Of a stretch of DNA of 64,000 bases, positions 1 to 11,755 are shown piece by piece. The position numbers were made by a program, and so were the translations under genes. The first letter of the stretch is position 1. Each line of letters starts with the position of its first letter. The stretch lies in contig CAJWLU010000004.1 of assembly GCA_913043225.1 (NCBI GenBank), forward strand, positions 1-64,000. The letters run 5' to 3'. The notes beneath the pieces were generated by a model. It was not told the DNA's origin. It saw only the letters and a list, made by a program, of their open reading frames with translations, and did no database searches. Origin of the DNA: an uncultured Acidobacteriota bacterium (GTDB taxonomy: Bacteria; Acidobacteriota; Vicinamibacteria; Vicinamibacterales; UBA8438).

Positions 1-195
1 CCCGCCACGATCGATCAGTTCCACCGGTCGTGGGACGCGACCGCCCGCCGCGATGACAGCCAAGACCCGCGTCTCGTCGAGCACGCGAGACACTTGGGCC
101 TCCGCGGCCGAAGCCAGCGACACACTGACGAGACACAGGCTCGCCAGCGCGGTGGCACTCTTAGCGAGACTCGTTAATTGGCGTGGTGGTGACAC
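1..195 (-). CDS. Secreted protein, N-terminal part only (runs off the window)
   Basis: Manual translation from GTG at 195 (AGGA upstream): MSPPRQLTSLAKSATALASLCLVSVSLASAAEAQVSRVLDE..., open to position 1, with a signal peptide ending A-E-A. Confidence 0.6.
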   Translation of the reverse strand, partial: MSPPRQLTSLAKSATALASLCLVSVSLASAAEAQVSRVLDETRVLAVIAAGGRVPRPVELIDRGG

Positions 196-452
196 GGATA
201 TCCTCAGACCCCGATCGTTGACCCGCCTCGATACCCAGCCGGCCCCGGCCGACGCGCAGAGGACGAGAGGCAGGCTCGTTCCGCCGAGGCTATCGGATCT
301 CCTTCGATTGTAGCACTTCGCGGTCCCACAGCCACGCCGCGCCATGGACGCCGCTCGCATCTCCGCGGCCCGGCGAATGCAACCGGGTACCCACCACGTC
401 GGAGACAGTCCGCTATAATCGCCGGCGCACTTGAGGCGGTGGAGAACCGACC

Positions 453-974
453 ATGGATCATCTGAAATCCAAAATTCGACACGTCCCTGACTTCCCGAAA
501 CCGGGGATCCTCTTCTACGACATCACGACGCTTCTTCGTGACCCGGTCGGGCTCAATGAGCTTCTCAAAGGGTTATCCGAGCCGTTCCGCGACCAGGAGA
601 TCGACCTCATCGTGGGTATCGAAAGTCGAGGCTTCATTCTCGGTGCCGCCATGGCCGACCGCCTGGGGAGCGGGTTCGTCCCGATGCGCAAGCCAGGCAA
701 GCTGCCGGGCTCAACACTTCGCCAGTCCTACGAGCTCGAGTACGGGACCGATACCCTCGAGGTCCACGACGACGCTATCGGACCGGGACAACGAGTACTC
801 ATAGTGGACGACCTGCTAGCCACCGGCGGCACGGCCCGCGCGGCGCTCGACCTCATCAAGCAGACGGGAGGCGAGGTCATTGGGGCGGCGTTCCTTGTCG
901 AGCTCACGTTCCTCGGTGGTCGCGCGCGTCTAGATGACACGCCGATCTTCGTGGGACTTACCTACGACGACTGA
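453..974 (+). CDS. apt: Adenine phosphoribosyltransferase
   Basis: PDFPKPGILFYDIT, GIESRGF, PRPP-binding VLIVDDLLATGGT; TATAAT at 414-419 and GGAG RBS upstream. Confidence 0.97.
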   Translation: MDHLKSKIRHVPDFPKPGILFYDITTLLRDPVGLNELLKGLSEPFRDQEIDLIVGIESRGFILGAAMADRLGSGFVPMRKPGKLPGSTLRQSYELEYGTDTLEVHDDAIGPGQRVLIVDDLLATGGTARAALDLIKQTGGEVIGAAFLVELTFLGGRARLDDTPIFVGLTYDD

Positions 975-980
975 CCCAAT

Positions 981-1517
981 ATGATTGCGGCCGCCCTCGG
1001 CCTCTTCGTGCTTCTCTGTGGCCTGTTGGGCGGACTGATCATCCGGCATCTCAGCGGGATGAGACGCGACCGGCAGATCCAGGCGCTGGTGGCGACCTTT
1101 GGCTCGCTCGCCGCCCAAGCGCGGGAACACCCCCGACGATTGCTCGCCTGGCACCCTATTGCCGAACAAGCGCGTCAGCTCTTCCCCGACGCATTCCGAG
1201 CACTTGAGTCGATCAACGGAAAGCGTTTCCCTTTCAGTCAGGAGCTGATCGAATCGGTAGAGGCTAAATGGACCGCCGAGTGGCTGGAGTGGGAGCGCAG
1301 AAACGATACAGAGTACCGTACTCAGAGCGCGGCCATCGAGGCAACGCTAGAGACGGCTGAGGCGAGCGCTGCGCAAGCGGCGCGAGCCCGGCTGGACACG
1401 CTGGAACGCGATCGCCTCGAGCAATATCAGCGACGCTACCAGGATTACGTCGAAGTCTCGCAGGGGCTAGCCGCCCTAGCGGAGACCAGCGCTGACGCCG
1501 GAACGACTGAGCCCTAG
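981..1517 (+). CDS. Hypothetical membrane-anchored helical/coiled-coil protein
   Basis: N-terminal hydrophobic helix then charged helical region; starts 6 nt after apt. Confidence 0.7.
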   Translation: MIAAALGLFVLLCGLLGGLIIRHLSGMRRDRQIQALVATFGSLAAQAREHPRRLLAWHPIAEQARQLFPDAFRALESINGKRFPFSQELIESVEAKWTAEWLEWERRNDTEYRTQSAAIEATLETAEASAAQAARARLDTLERDRLEQYQRRYQDYVEVSQGLAALAETSADAGTTEP

Positions 1518-1667
1518 CCTGCGTCCGCTAGACCGTCGTTAACTCCGACCTAACTGGCCAGGGCGAACACCTCGACACCGTCGTCGTGCGGACGGTCGAA
1601 CCAATCCTCATTCAGCCGACCGTGATCCTCATCGCCTCCTAGCGTAGCACGGCCCAGTGAGCGGTGA

Positions 1668-3083
<1,416 letters not shown>

Positions 3084-3280
3084 CCGCAGTCATTGTCGGA
3101 TTAGGTCTACTGCCGGGCATTGAGCGCTCCAACTTAACCTCGAGAGCATCGATTCTCGACGCCTGATGTGCCGCCTCCCCCTGGCGTCCCACTCCCACCG
3201 CACCCCTGGTCCCGCCAGCCCCGACTGTGCCCCGATCGACCCGGTCTGGTGCTCAGTAAGGACTGCTACACTTGACGCAA

Positions 3281-3357
3281 GCGCGTGTAGCTCAGTTGGA
3301 TAGAGCAACCGCCTCCTAAGCGGTAGGCCCCAGGTTCGAATCCTGGCACGCGCGCCA
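3281..3357 (+). tRNA. tRNA-Arg (anticodon CCT)
   Basis: Acceptor stem GCGCGTG/CACGCGC, D arm AGCTCAGTTGGATAGAGC, anticodon arm ACCGC-CTCCTAA-GCGGT, T loop GGTTCGAATCC, encoded CCA. Confidence 0.97.
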
Positions 3358-3453
3358 TTTTTCCTCCGCTCGACGGCCACCTGTCAACACGTACTCTGGT
3401 ACACTGTTTCGCCGAGGTTCGAGAAAAATCGACGGACGGGTGAAGAGAGATTC

Positions 3454-4224
3454 ATGAAGCGGAGCGAGCGACATCATCTTAAGGAGAACGCCTTCGCCGT
3501 CGCGATGGCAAGTCTCGGGGGACAGCTCTCAGACTGGGGCCGTAGCCTTGCTGTCGGCATCGCGATCGGCACGGCTCTGCTCGTGCTCTACGGCGGTTAT
3601 AGCTTCTGGACAGACCGAAACTCCGGCCGTGCCGGCTTCCTACTAGCCGAAGCTCTAGTCGTCGCCGACGCGCCCGTCGTGCCACCACCGCCGCCAGAAG
3701 CCGCGGAAGGAGAAGGGGCGGAGACCGCCCCGGTGCCACCGTTCGTTCAGCCGCCTGGCACCTACCCATCCCTCGAGGCCAAGATGAACGAGGCGCTACC
3801 GCGCCTACTTAACGCGGCCAATGCCTATCCGTCGTCACAACCGGGTATCACGGCACGCTATCGGGCCGCAGCTGCACTGGCCAACCTGGGCCGGCACGAC
3901 GAGGCAGCGGCAGAGTATCGCGAGGTCATCGACCAGGACGCCGGCCTGTACGCGCGCATGGCTGCTCTGGGGCTTGCCGACGTGGAGCTGGCCCGCGGCA
4001 GCGCCGCTGCGGCAATTGAGCTACTCGAATCAGCGAGCGGCGCCGAAGCTGCTGCCCAGTTACCGCTTGACGGGGTCTTGATGCGCCTTGCGACCGCATA
4101 CGACCGTGCCGGCCGCACCGGCGATGCGCGAGCGACCTACCAGCGCGTGCTCGACGAGTTTCCAGCCTCGCCCTATCTTGGCTCCGCCGAGCGCGAGCTC
4201 GAGGCACTCTCCAACGACGGGTAG
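3454..4224 (+). CDS. Membrane-anchored tetratricopeptide repeat protein (YfgM-like)
   Basis: MKRSERHHLKEN start, one TM helix, Pro-rich linker, TPR-like helices ending YQRVLDEFPASPY. Confidence 0.8.
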   Translation: MKRSERHHLKENAFAVAMASLGGQLSDWGRSLAVGIAIGTALLVLYGGYSFWTDRNSGRAGFLLAEALVVADAPVVPPPPPEAAEGEGAETAPVPPFVQPPGTYPSLEAKMNEALPRLLNAANAYPSSQPGITARYRAAAALANLGRHDEAAAEYREVIDQDAGLYARMAALGLADVELARGSAAAAIELLESASGAEAAAQLPLDGVLMRLATAYDRAGRTGDARATYQRVLDEFPASPYLGSAERELEALSNDG

Positions 4225-4231
4225 CTGCTCT

Positions 4232-5149
4232 GTGCCGAACAGCGGCTTCACCGTGGGCCTCGTGCAGATGGCCTGCGGTAATGACCCGGCAGGAAACGTG
4301 GCGGCGGCCGTCGAGGGGGTCCGGCAGGGTGCCCAAGCCGGAGCACAGATCCTCTGCCTACCGGAACTTTTCCGCTCCATGTACTTCTGTCAATCTGAAG
4401 ACGTCGCCTACTTCGAACTGGCCGAGGCGGTCCCTGGCCCAACAACCAGACATCTGTCCGCACTGGCGGCTGAGCTGGCCGTCGTGCTAGTGGCCCCTGT
4501 CTTTGAGCGACGTGCCGCCGGCGTTTATCACAACACGGTGGTGGTCATCGACGCGGACGGCCGGCTACTCGGCCGGTATCGCAAAACGCACATTCCTGAC
4601 GATCCGCTGTACTACGAGAAGTTCTACTTCACACCCGGCGACCTAGGCTATCCGGTCTTCGATACCCGCTATGCCAGGGTCGGACCGCTAATCTGCTGGG
4701 ATCAGTGGTTCCCCGAAGCGGCACGCCTGTCGGCCCTGGCCGGCGCCGAGTTGCTCGTCTATCCCAGCGCGATCGGGTGGCACCCGGCCGAACGTGCCAC
4801 GGAGCGCGCGACCCAGCGCGAGAGTTGGCGCACCATGCAGCGCGCGCACGCCATCGCCAACGGCGTGTTTGTGGCCGCGATCAATCGAGTCGGGCACGAG
4901 GGCCCAACCGACAACGGATTAACCTTTTGGGGCAGCTCCTTCGCGTGCGGTCCGGACGGCCAGATTCTGGCCGACAGCGCAGTGCAGGCACCGGAGGTAG
5001 TTCTTGCAACCTGCGATAGAGACGCCATCGAACGACAGCGCCAGGGGTGGCCGTTCCTTCGAGACCGCCGTATCGACACCTACCGGGACCTCACGCGGCG
5101 ACTGTTGGACAAGCGCACCGCGAGCGAGCCGCCCGGCGACGAAACCTGA
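4232..5149 (+). CDS. aguB: Carbon-nitrogen hydrolase, N-carbamoylputrescine amidase type
   Basis: Nitrilase triad E (LCLPELF), K (YRKTHIPDDP), C (ICWDQWFPE); YYEKFYFTPGD; start placed at GTG 4232. Confidence 0.85.
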   Translation: MPNSGFTVGLVQMACGNDPAGNVAAAVEGVRQGAQAGAQILCLPELFRSMYFCQSEDVAYFELAEAVPGPTTRHLSALAAELAVVLVAPVFERRAAGVYHNTVVVIDADGRLLGRYRKTHIPDDPLYYEKFYFTPGDLGYPVFDTRYARVGPLICWDQWFPEAARLSALAGAELLVYPSAIGWHPAERATERATQRESWRTMQRAHAIANGVFVAAINRVGHEGPTDNGLTFWGSSFACGPDGQILADSAVQAPEVVLATCDRDAIERQRQGWPFLRDRRIDTYRDLTRRLLDKRTASEPPGDET

Positions 5150-6225
5150 TGCTCCGCTATCGCCTCCCGGCCGAATGGGAATCGCACCGCGCGACCTGGC
5201 TGGCCTGGCCACACGAGGCGTCGGATTGGCCCGGAAAACTGGATTCGGTCCGCTGGTGCTACGCCGACCTAGTCCGGCATCTCGCCGACGCCGAAACGGT
5301 CGAGCTCATCGTCGCTGACCGCGGCCAGGAGCGGACGGCGCGGAGCCGGCTGGCGCGGGCCGGCGCGCGCGCCGACCGGCTACGCTGGCATCGCTGGGCC
5401 ACCGACCGGTCTTGGCTTCGAGATACCGGTGGTTGCTTCACCGTTGACGTCCACACCTCATCGCTTACTCTCGTCGACTGGCGCTTCACCGGCTGGGCAA
5501 AGTACCCGAACTGGCAGCGCGACAATCGGCTACCATCTCGCATCGCGCATGTTCGCGATATACCGCGACTGGTCGCTACCCGGCCAGACACCGGTCAGCC
5601 GATAGTGCTCGAAGGGGGAGCGCTCGACGCTAACGGAGCCGGGGCCGCGCTAGTCACCGAGGAGTGCCTACTAGATGCCCACATCCAACCTCGGAATCCG
5701 GGACTCGGTCGAGACGGGGTGGAGACGGCACTGGCGACATACTTCGGGATCACCGACCTGATCTGGTTGGGCCGGGGCATCGTCGGCGACGACACTCATG
5801 GCCACGTGGACGACATCGCCCGCTTCATCTCGCACGATACCGTGGTCGCGGCCACCGAACCGAACACGGCCGATGAGAACCACGGTGCGCTCGCTGAGAA
5901 CCTCAGACGCCTACGGCACGCTCGGCCTGGTGGACGACGGCTCAGGATCGTCACCCTTCCAATGCCCCGGCCGCTCCGGTTCGCCGGCCGACGCCTACCC
6001 GCCAGTTACCTCAACTTCTTCATCTGCAACGGGCTGGTCCTGGTGCCCACCTTTAATGATCCGGCGGATCGGACCGCCCTCGAAACTCTGGCGGATCTCT
6101 TCCCGGGGCGCGAGGTGCGAGGTGTCCACGCGGTTGATCTGGTGTGGGGGCTTGGCGCCCTGCACTGTCTCACCCTGCAGGAACCTGCCAGGCCGGCGTC
6201 CCCACGCTCAAGCCTCGGAGCCTAA
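5149..6225 (+). CDS. aguA: Agmatine deiminase family protein
   Basis: RLPAEWE, WLRDTG, LEGG, DDTHGHVDD, ASYLNF, catalytic GALHCLTLQEP; ATG overlaps the aguB TGA. Confidence 0.9.
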   Translation: MLRYRLPAEWESHRATWLAWPHEASDWPGKLDSVRWCYADLVRHLADAETVELIVADRGQERTARSRLARAGARADRLRWHRWATDRSWLRDTGGCFTVDVHTSSLTLVDWRFTGWAKYPNWQRDNRLPSRIAHVRDIPRLVATRPDTGQPIVLEGGALDANGAGAALVTEECLLDAHIQPRNPGLGRDGVETALATYFGITDLIWLGRGIVGDDTHGHVDDIARFISHDTVVAATEPNTADENHGALAENLRRLRHARPGGRRLRIVTLPMPRPLRFAGRRLPASYLNFFICNGLVLVPTFNDPADRTALETLADLFPGREVRGVHAVDLVWGLGALHCLTLQEPARPASPRSSLGA

Positions 6226-7679
6226 CGATTCACTCCGACCGCCTGATCGAGAAAAAACCCGGACGCCGGATCGTCTGGCACCGGCGTGTTGGGACGACTA
6301 AAGATCGACAGCGGTTGGGGAGCGGCCTCGCCGAGCCGCTGGCCGATCCGGGTGACAGCCCAGAGCACCGCGTCGAGCGCGCCGCAGATCGTGCTGTCGT
6401 ATAAATAGTCGCCCACCAAGATCAACTGCGGCCATCTAGGATCGGGGCAGTGGCGAGTCTCGAGCGGCTGCAGCGGCACGCCGCCCGGCAGCGCCGACAC
6501 TCCGCTTCGTCCCTGCCAGCGGTCTACGGCGCCGCTCAAAAAATGGGTCTCAGCGCCGGACAGCACTCCCGGCATGGCAGCCCGCACCCCCTGCACGATC
6601 TCCTCATCCGTCCGGCGCGCCCAACGCGCGGCTGCGTCTCCCCCGAGCAGCCAGCTCTGAATACCGAGGCTACCGGCATCAGGCGTCGGAGACTTGTCGT
6701 ATACCGTGACGCCATCGAACGCATCGCTGACGAAGTAGTCTTCGGGAAAGCGGTCGGCCCAGAAACGACGCCCAAAGAACAAAGTCACCCGTAGATAGAC
6801 CGTCGTATGGTCGTGGTGGCGCAGATGCGCGCCAACGGCAGCAGCCAGCTGAGAATCGCTCCACCGCAGGCTGGCCAACGCGGGTGGCGTCAGCGTCACC
6901 ACGAGTGCATCAAAATCGAGGGCACCCACTCCCTCCTCCGCGCTGTCGATCCGTACCCGCAAGCCTCGATCCTCGGTCGCCTCGATGGCCTCGACAACCG
7001 CCCCAGAGCGCAGGGGAGAAGCCACTCGGTCGGCCAACGCTCGCACGAGCCCTTCATTGCCACCGGCCAGGGTATACATCGAACAATAGCCGGGGTGATC
7101 GATGAGCAGATTATCGAATCCGAAGAGTCCGCTCGTCTGATGCGGCTCGGCAGCGAGGTCGCTGTGGCACTGCATGGCCGTGAACCAGCGCGCGACCGGA
7201 TCGTCGAGCTCGCTGAGCACGTCCTCGAACGTTCGTCCGCTCCATGGGTGATCGTTGTCCTGCGGCTGTCCTGCCTGCGCATACCTCTGCGGCGGTCGCA
7301 GCCGTGTGCCCTTGTCCCAGAACCGCCGGAGCTGGTCCATCCCTCGTGCCCCAACCAGTGCTTGGAGGCCGGCGTCGTCATAAACGACCTGATCGCATGC
7401 CACGAAGTACGGGGTGCCGGTCAACGGGCGCGTCTCGAGCCCTAGATGGCTGACGAGGTTTCGCAGGTGCGGGTTGCCAGCAATGTCGTAGAACTCGGCG
7501 ACGCCCGCCTCGTATACGCTGCCAACTTCTGGCACGACCGTGGTTCGCACCCGCCCGCCAAGGCGCCTGGCGCCTTCAAGCACCTGCACCTCGACCCGAT
7601 CGCCGTAGAGTTGTTCCAATAGGTAGGCACACAGCAGCCCGCTGAAGCCACCGCCGATTACACCGACTCGCTCTGCCAC
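6222..7679 (-). CDS. FAD-dependent oxidoreductase, flavin amine oxidase family
   Basis: VIGGGFSGL dinucleotide motif, LEGARRLGGRVRT, C-terminal LVGDY...ICGAL. Confidence 0.85.
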   Translation of the reverse strand: MAERVGVIGGGFSGLLCAYLLEQLYGDRVEVQVLEGARRLGGRVRTTVVPEVGSVYEAGVAEFYDIAGNPHLRNLVSHLGLETRPLTGTPYFVACDQVVYDDAGLQALVGARGMDQLRRFWDKGTRLRPPQRYAQAGQPQDNDHPWSGRTFEDVLSELDDPVARWFTAMQCHSDLAAEPHQTSGLFGFDNLLIDHPGYCSMYTLAGGNEGLVRALADRVASPLRSGAVVEAIEATEDRGLRVRIDSAEEGVGALDFDALVVTLTPPALASLRWSDSQLAAAVGAHLRHHDHTTVYLRVTLFFGRRFWADRFPEDYFVSDAFDGVTVYDKSPTPDAGSLGIQSWLLGGDAAARWARRTDEEIVQGVRAAMPGVLSGAETHFLSGAVDRWQGRSGVSALPGGVPLQPLETRHCPDPRWPQLILVGDYLYDSTICGALDAVLWAVTRIGQRLGEAAPQPLSIFSRPNTPVPDDPASGFFLDQAVGVNR

Positions 7680-7739
7680 TACTGAACCGCCGGCCTAAGC
7701 AGAGCACAGCGATTGCCCGCACCGAGACTCCAGCGCACG

Positions 7740-10385
7740 CTAGTCGACCTCGGCCTTCAGCTCAGCCAGTAGGGTCAGCGCCTCCAGCGGGGTCAGCTGG
7801 TCGATATCCAGTTCCCGCAATCGACGGACGAGCGCGGGTGACGGCGCAGCCTCTCCGGCAAAGAGGCCGAGCTGTGGCGGGGGCTCCGGGCCATCGCCAG
7901 CCAACGTCGGGCGCCCGCTCCGTGACAACTCATCCCGTTCGAGCCCCGAGAGGATCTGCTTTGCCCTCGCAACCGCGGTGGCTGGCAGGCCAGCCAGTCG
8001 TGCCACCTGAATGCCGTAGCTTCGATCCGATCGACCAGCCTCGACCTTCCGCAGAAAGTGGATCTCGTCCTCCCACTCCCGAGCCACGACGTGGTAATTG
8101 GCCACCCCCTCGAGGGCGTCGGCCACGTCGGTGAGCTCGTGATAGTGGGTTGCGAACAAAGTCTTCGGTCGCGCCCGGCGATCCGTGGCCAGGTGCTCTG
8201 CCACCGCCCATGCGATGCTCAATCCGTCGTAGGTCGCCGTGCCGCGACCGATCTCATCAAGCAGGACCAGGCTACGTGAGGTCGCGGTATGTAGGATGTT
8301 AGCCGTCTCCTCCATCTCCACCATAAAGGTAGACTGTCCGCGCGCGATGTTGTCCGATGCCCCAACTCTGGCAAAGATTCGGTCGGTCATCGGCACCTTC
8401 GCCTGATTCGCCGGCACGAACGAACCGATCTGGGCCAACAACACTATGATGGCAGTCTGACGGAGATACGTCGATTTTCCGCCCATGTTCGGTCCGGTCA
8501 GGATGATGACCTGGTGGGTGGTGCCGTTGAGGGTCACGTCATTCGGGACGAAAGTATGTCCCACGTGACGTTCCACCACCGGATGCCGCCCTTCCGTAAT
8601 CCGTAGCTCGTCCCCGTCGTGGACCTGAGGCTTGGTGTAGTCATGTATGGCGGCCACTTCGGCCAACCCAGCAAGCACGTCGAGCGTAGCCAACGCGCGC
8701 GCCGACTCCTGGATGCGAGCAGCTTCGGCGGCCACCTGGTCACGCAGCCCGTCGAAGATCTCGATCTCACGCTCCAAAATGCGTTCGTCGGCACCGATCA
8801 CCTTGCGCTCGTACTCCTTGAGCGGCGGGGTAATGAAGCGTTCACCGCTGGCGATGGTCTGCTTGCGGTGATAGTCCGCCGGGACCGCGTGTAGGTTCGC
8901 CTTCGACACCTCGATGTAGTAGCCGAAGACCCGGTTGAACCGGATCTTGAGAGAGGCAATGCCAGTGCGGGACCGTTCCGCCGTCTCCATCGCCGCAATC
9001 TGCGCTTTGCCGCCCCGGCTGACGTCCCGCAGCTCATCCAGATCGGCATCGACGCCGTCTCGGATCGCACCACCATCGCGTGCCAGCACCGGGGGTTCTG
9101 GGGCAACAGCGGCCTCCACAGTGTCGCGAACGTCCGGCACCTCGTCGAGCGACGCCAGCAAGCTTGTAGTGAGCGGCGCCTCGAGCCCGGACGCCACGGC
9201 CTTGAGTCTGGGAATCGCCGCGAGTGAACGCTGCAACGCCAGGAGGTCGCGGGGCCCGGCCGACCCCATCGCGGCCCGGGCAACCAGACGCTCCAGGTCG
9301 TGTACTCCGTCGAGAACCTCGCGCAGCTTCCCGCGCTCCACGGTACGGAACGCCAACTCCTCGACTGCATCCAGCCTGTCCTGTACCCGTTCACGATTGA
9401 CCAGCGGTGCCGTCAGCCACCCGCGCAGCAGACGCCCGCCCATGGCGGTCACCGTCTGGTCTATCTCGTCAAGTAAGGAGCCGGTCCTAGTCCCCTCGCT
9501 AGAGACCACGACCTCCAGATGCTTCATTGTCGAGGGATCCACCACCATAGCCCCATCGGCCGAACGGAATTCGATGCTCCGGACATGGCCCAGTTGCGCC
9601 TTCTGGGTCTCCCGTAGAAACGCGACCAGCGCACCTGCTGCGGCGACGGCAGCCGGGCGGTCGTCGAGCCCGAAGCCACCCAGCCCGACGGTGCCGAGCT
9701 GCTCGGTCAGCGCCTCACGCGCCCGGTCGAGGTCGAACGCCCAGGCGTCCATCTCGGTCACGAGAGGCGGTGCCGTCGGCGGAAACAGGCCGTCGAGGCT
9801 GCTCCCTGACGCGGCCAGCACCTCCCGTGGTCGCAGCACAGCGATGTCATCAGCCAGCGCTTGCCGACCCGCCTCACCCTCGTACTCAGCTGCGGCGAAC
9901 TGACCCGTGGAAAGATCAACCAGAGCCATGCCGAGCCGCCCGGTGCCCCCCATTTCGGCAGCAATACCCATCAAATAGGTCGGTTCGCGCTCCTCGAGAT
10001 AGGCGGTGTCGGTGAAGGTGCCTGGCGACACCACACGCACCACTTCGCGTCGAACGATCCCTTTCGCCTTTTTGGGATCCTCAACCTGCTCGCAAATCGC
10101 GACCCGAAACCCCCTCTTAACCAGCCGGGTTAGGTAGCCGTCGGCTGCGTGGTGCGGGATCCCGCACATCGGGATGCCGCCGCCGGCGTCCTTCGATCGA
10201 GAGGTCAGGGTGAGATCGAGGACCCGAGCCGCTGTTAGGGCGTCCTCGTAAAACATCTCGTAAAAATCGCCCATCCGAAAGAAGACAATCGCGTTGGGGT
10301 GCGTCCGCTTAGCGTCCAGATACTGCCGCATGGCGGGCGTCGGCCCCTGCGCGGACGCAGACTTGCTCGACGTTGATGGGGTCAC
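7740..10385 (-). CDS. mutS: DNA mismatch repair protein MutS
   Basis: TPAMRQY, FFRMGDFYEMF, TGPNMGGKSTY, STFMVEM, LLDEIGRGT, FATHYHEL, SYGIQVARLAG; start uncertain (GTG 10385 chosen). Confidence 0.96.
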   Translation of the reverse strand: MTPSTSSKSASAQGPTPAMRQYLDAKRTHPNAIVFFRMGDFYEMFYEDALTAARVLDLTLTSRSKDAGGGIPMCGIPHHAADGYLTRLVKRGFRVAICEQVEDPKKAKGIVRREVVRVVSPGTFTDTAYLEEREPTYLMGIAAEMGGTGRLGMALVDLSTGQFAAAEYEGEAGRQALADDIAVLRPREVLAASGSSLDGLFPPTAPPLVTEMDAWAFDLDRAREALTEQLGTVGLGGFGLDDRPAAVAAAGALVAFLRETQKAQLGHVRSIEFRSADGAMVVDPSTMKHLEVVVSSEGTRTGSLLDEIDQTVTAMGGRLLRGWLTAPLVNRERVQDRLDAVEELAFRTVERGKLREVLDGVHDLERLVARAAMGSAGPRDLLALQRSLAAIPRLKAVASGLEAPLTTSLLASLDEVPDVRDTVEAAVAPEPPVLARDGGAIRDGVDADLDELRDVSRGGKAQIAAMETAERSRTGIASLKIRFNRVFGYYIEVSKANLHAVPADYHRKQTIASGERFITPPLKEYERKVIGADERILEREIEIFDGLRDQVAAEAARIQESARALATLDVLAGLAEVAAIHDYTKPQVHDGDELRITEGRHPVVERHVGHTFVPNDVTLNGTTHQVIILTGPNMGGKSTYLRQTAIIVLLAQIGSFVPANQAKVPMTDRIFARVGASDNIARGQSTFMVEMEETANILHTATSRSLVLLDEIGRGTATYDGLSIAWAVAEHLATDRRARPKTLFATHYHELTDVADALEGVANYHVVAREWEDEIHFLRKVEAGRSDRSYGIQVARLAGLPATAVARAKQILSGLERDELSRSGRPTLAGDGPEPPPQLGLFAGEAAPSPALVRRLRELDIDQLTPLEALTLLAELKAEVD

Positions 10386-10479
10386 GGTACCTGGGAGAGG
10401 CTGCGCCACACTCGAACGGACGGCGCCTGCTGTTACGACCGGCGAATGTGTGTGAGTATACCCTCTCTCCAAAGCCACC

Positions 10480-11214
10480 ATGCTTATCCTGGCACTCGAC
10501 ACGACCACCACCGAAGGCAGCCTCGCACTAGCCCGCGACGGCCGGCTCATCGAGGCCCGCAGTGGTCTGGGCGAACGGACTCACGGCGAACGGCTCCCGT
10601 CCGAGATCACGACCCTGCTCGGATTGCACGATGCCGCCCTTAGAGACATCGACCGCTTCGTGGTTGCCGCCGGCCCCGGGTCGTTCACCGGGCTCCGGGT
10701 GGGCATCGCCACTGTGCAGGGCCTAGCGCTCGCCCTTGGTCGAAAGGCCATCGCCATCTCCGTCCTCGACGCCCTGCTCGAGATCGGGATCGCACCAGAC
10801 TCCCGGCGACCTTCTCCTCCCGAGGCAATCCTGGCCTGGATGGACGGCAAGCGCGGCGAGGTCTTCGCGGCCCTGTACCTGAACTCGACAGAGCCCGAGG
10901 CCTGGCGCCTGCATCTGGGGCCGGTCGCCGAACGGCCGGACGCTCTCCTGGAGCGCTGGGCCGGGGACCTCAACCGCCCCCGGCTGTCGGTTGTAGGGGA
11001 CGCGGTCACAGCCTGCCGAAACCTGCTCGAAACGCGTCTTCCAAGCGCCACTCATCTTGTGGGCGATCTCCCCCCCATCGCCGGTGCGCTAGCGGTGATG
11101 GCCACCCGCCCCCCCTGGTCTGAGAACGCTCACGCGCCCCACGCAATCCAACCGGTCTACGTGCGGCGACCCGACGCCGAACGGGCCCGCGACCGGCGGC
11201 GCCAGATCAAGTGA
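10480..11214 (+). CDS. tsaB: tRNA threonylcarbamoyladenosine biosynthesis protein TsaB
   Basis: MLILALDTT, GPGSFTGLRVG, DGKRGEVF, PVYVR. Confidence 0.93.
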   Translation: MLILALDTTTTEGSLALARDGRLIEARSGLGERTHGERLPSEITTLLGLHDAALRDIDRFVVAAGPGSFTGLRVGIATVQGLALALGRKAIAISVLDALLEIGIAPDSRRPSPPEAILAWMDGKRGEVFAALYLNSTEPEAWRLHLGPVAERPDALLERWAGDLNRPRLSVVGDAVTACRNLLETRLPSATHLVGDLPPIAGALAVMATRPPWSENAHAPHAIQPVYVRRPDAERARDRRRQIK

Positions 11215-11675
11215 CGCCGGTGGCCACGGTCTTCGCGGTGCGCCAGATTACCGATCTTCCCGCCCTGCTCCGTATCGAACTCGCCTCCTTCTCCCGTCCC
11301 TGGACGCCTGCCATGTTTCAACAAGCCTTCGCGGATCCGCACACGATCGTGCTGGCCGTCCGCGATACCGATGGAACGATCGCAGGATTCGTGGTCGGGC
11401 GGGTCGTGGCGGACGAACTCGAGATCCTGATCGTGGCGGTGGACCCAGATCGACGACGCCAGGGCATGGGCCAGCGGCTCGTGCTAGCGATGCTCGACCT
11501 CGGCCGCGAACAGGGCGCGCGTGCCGCGAGCCTCGAGGTGAGGCGGTCCAATCGTGCCGCCAGGCGTCTTTACGAACGCCTCGGCTTCCAACGCGAGGCG
11601 GTCCGCCAGGCCTACTACCAGGACCCACTCGAGGATGGGCTCATCTACTGGCATCGGGCACTGAGCCCGTCTTGA
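11211..11675 (+). CDS. rimI: Ribosomal protein S18 alanine N-acetyltransferase
   Basis: GNAT motifs AVDPDRRRQGMG, LEVRRSN, LYERLGF...YYQDPLEDG; coupled to tsaB. Confidence 0.9.
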   Translation: MTPVATVFAVRQITDLPALLRIELASFSRPWTPAMFQQAFADPHTIVLAVRDTDGTIAGFVVGRVVADELEILIVAVDPDRRRQGMGQRLVLAMLDLGREQGARAASLEVRRSNRAARRLYERLGFQREAVRQAYYQDPLEDGLIYWHRALSPS

Positions 11676-11755
11676 AGCCCATCTGGCCTTGTGGTACGTT
11701 TCGGCACCAATCGTCGTGGACGAGTTTCGATGAACCGAGCCGCCAGGGAGGTGGC

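Noticed and set aside
1528..1645. Short minus-strand frames with AGGAGG and a repeated ATGAGGAT between the hypothetical gene and gdhA
   Set aside because: The RBS-led frame stops after 6 codons and the other frames have no recognisable similarity; cannot be supported.
3281..3453. tRNA-Arg as an integration site
   Set aside because: No integrase follows and no duplicated tRNA 3' end was noticed in the window.
8935..9903. Long antisense or alternate-frame ORFs (e.g. 322 aa opposite mutS, 309 aa at 27850-28779, 256 aa at 34390-35160)
   Set aside because: Shadow ORFs expected from high-GC codon bias; Ser/Arg/Ala-rich with no motifs.
10386..10550. N-terminal extensions in the ORF track (mutS here; likewise aguB, aguA, guaA, metK, asd, TIGR00300 and the cytochrome)
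   Set aside because: They overlap neighbouring genes or promoters and precede the family-typical starts.
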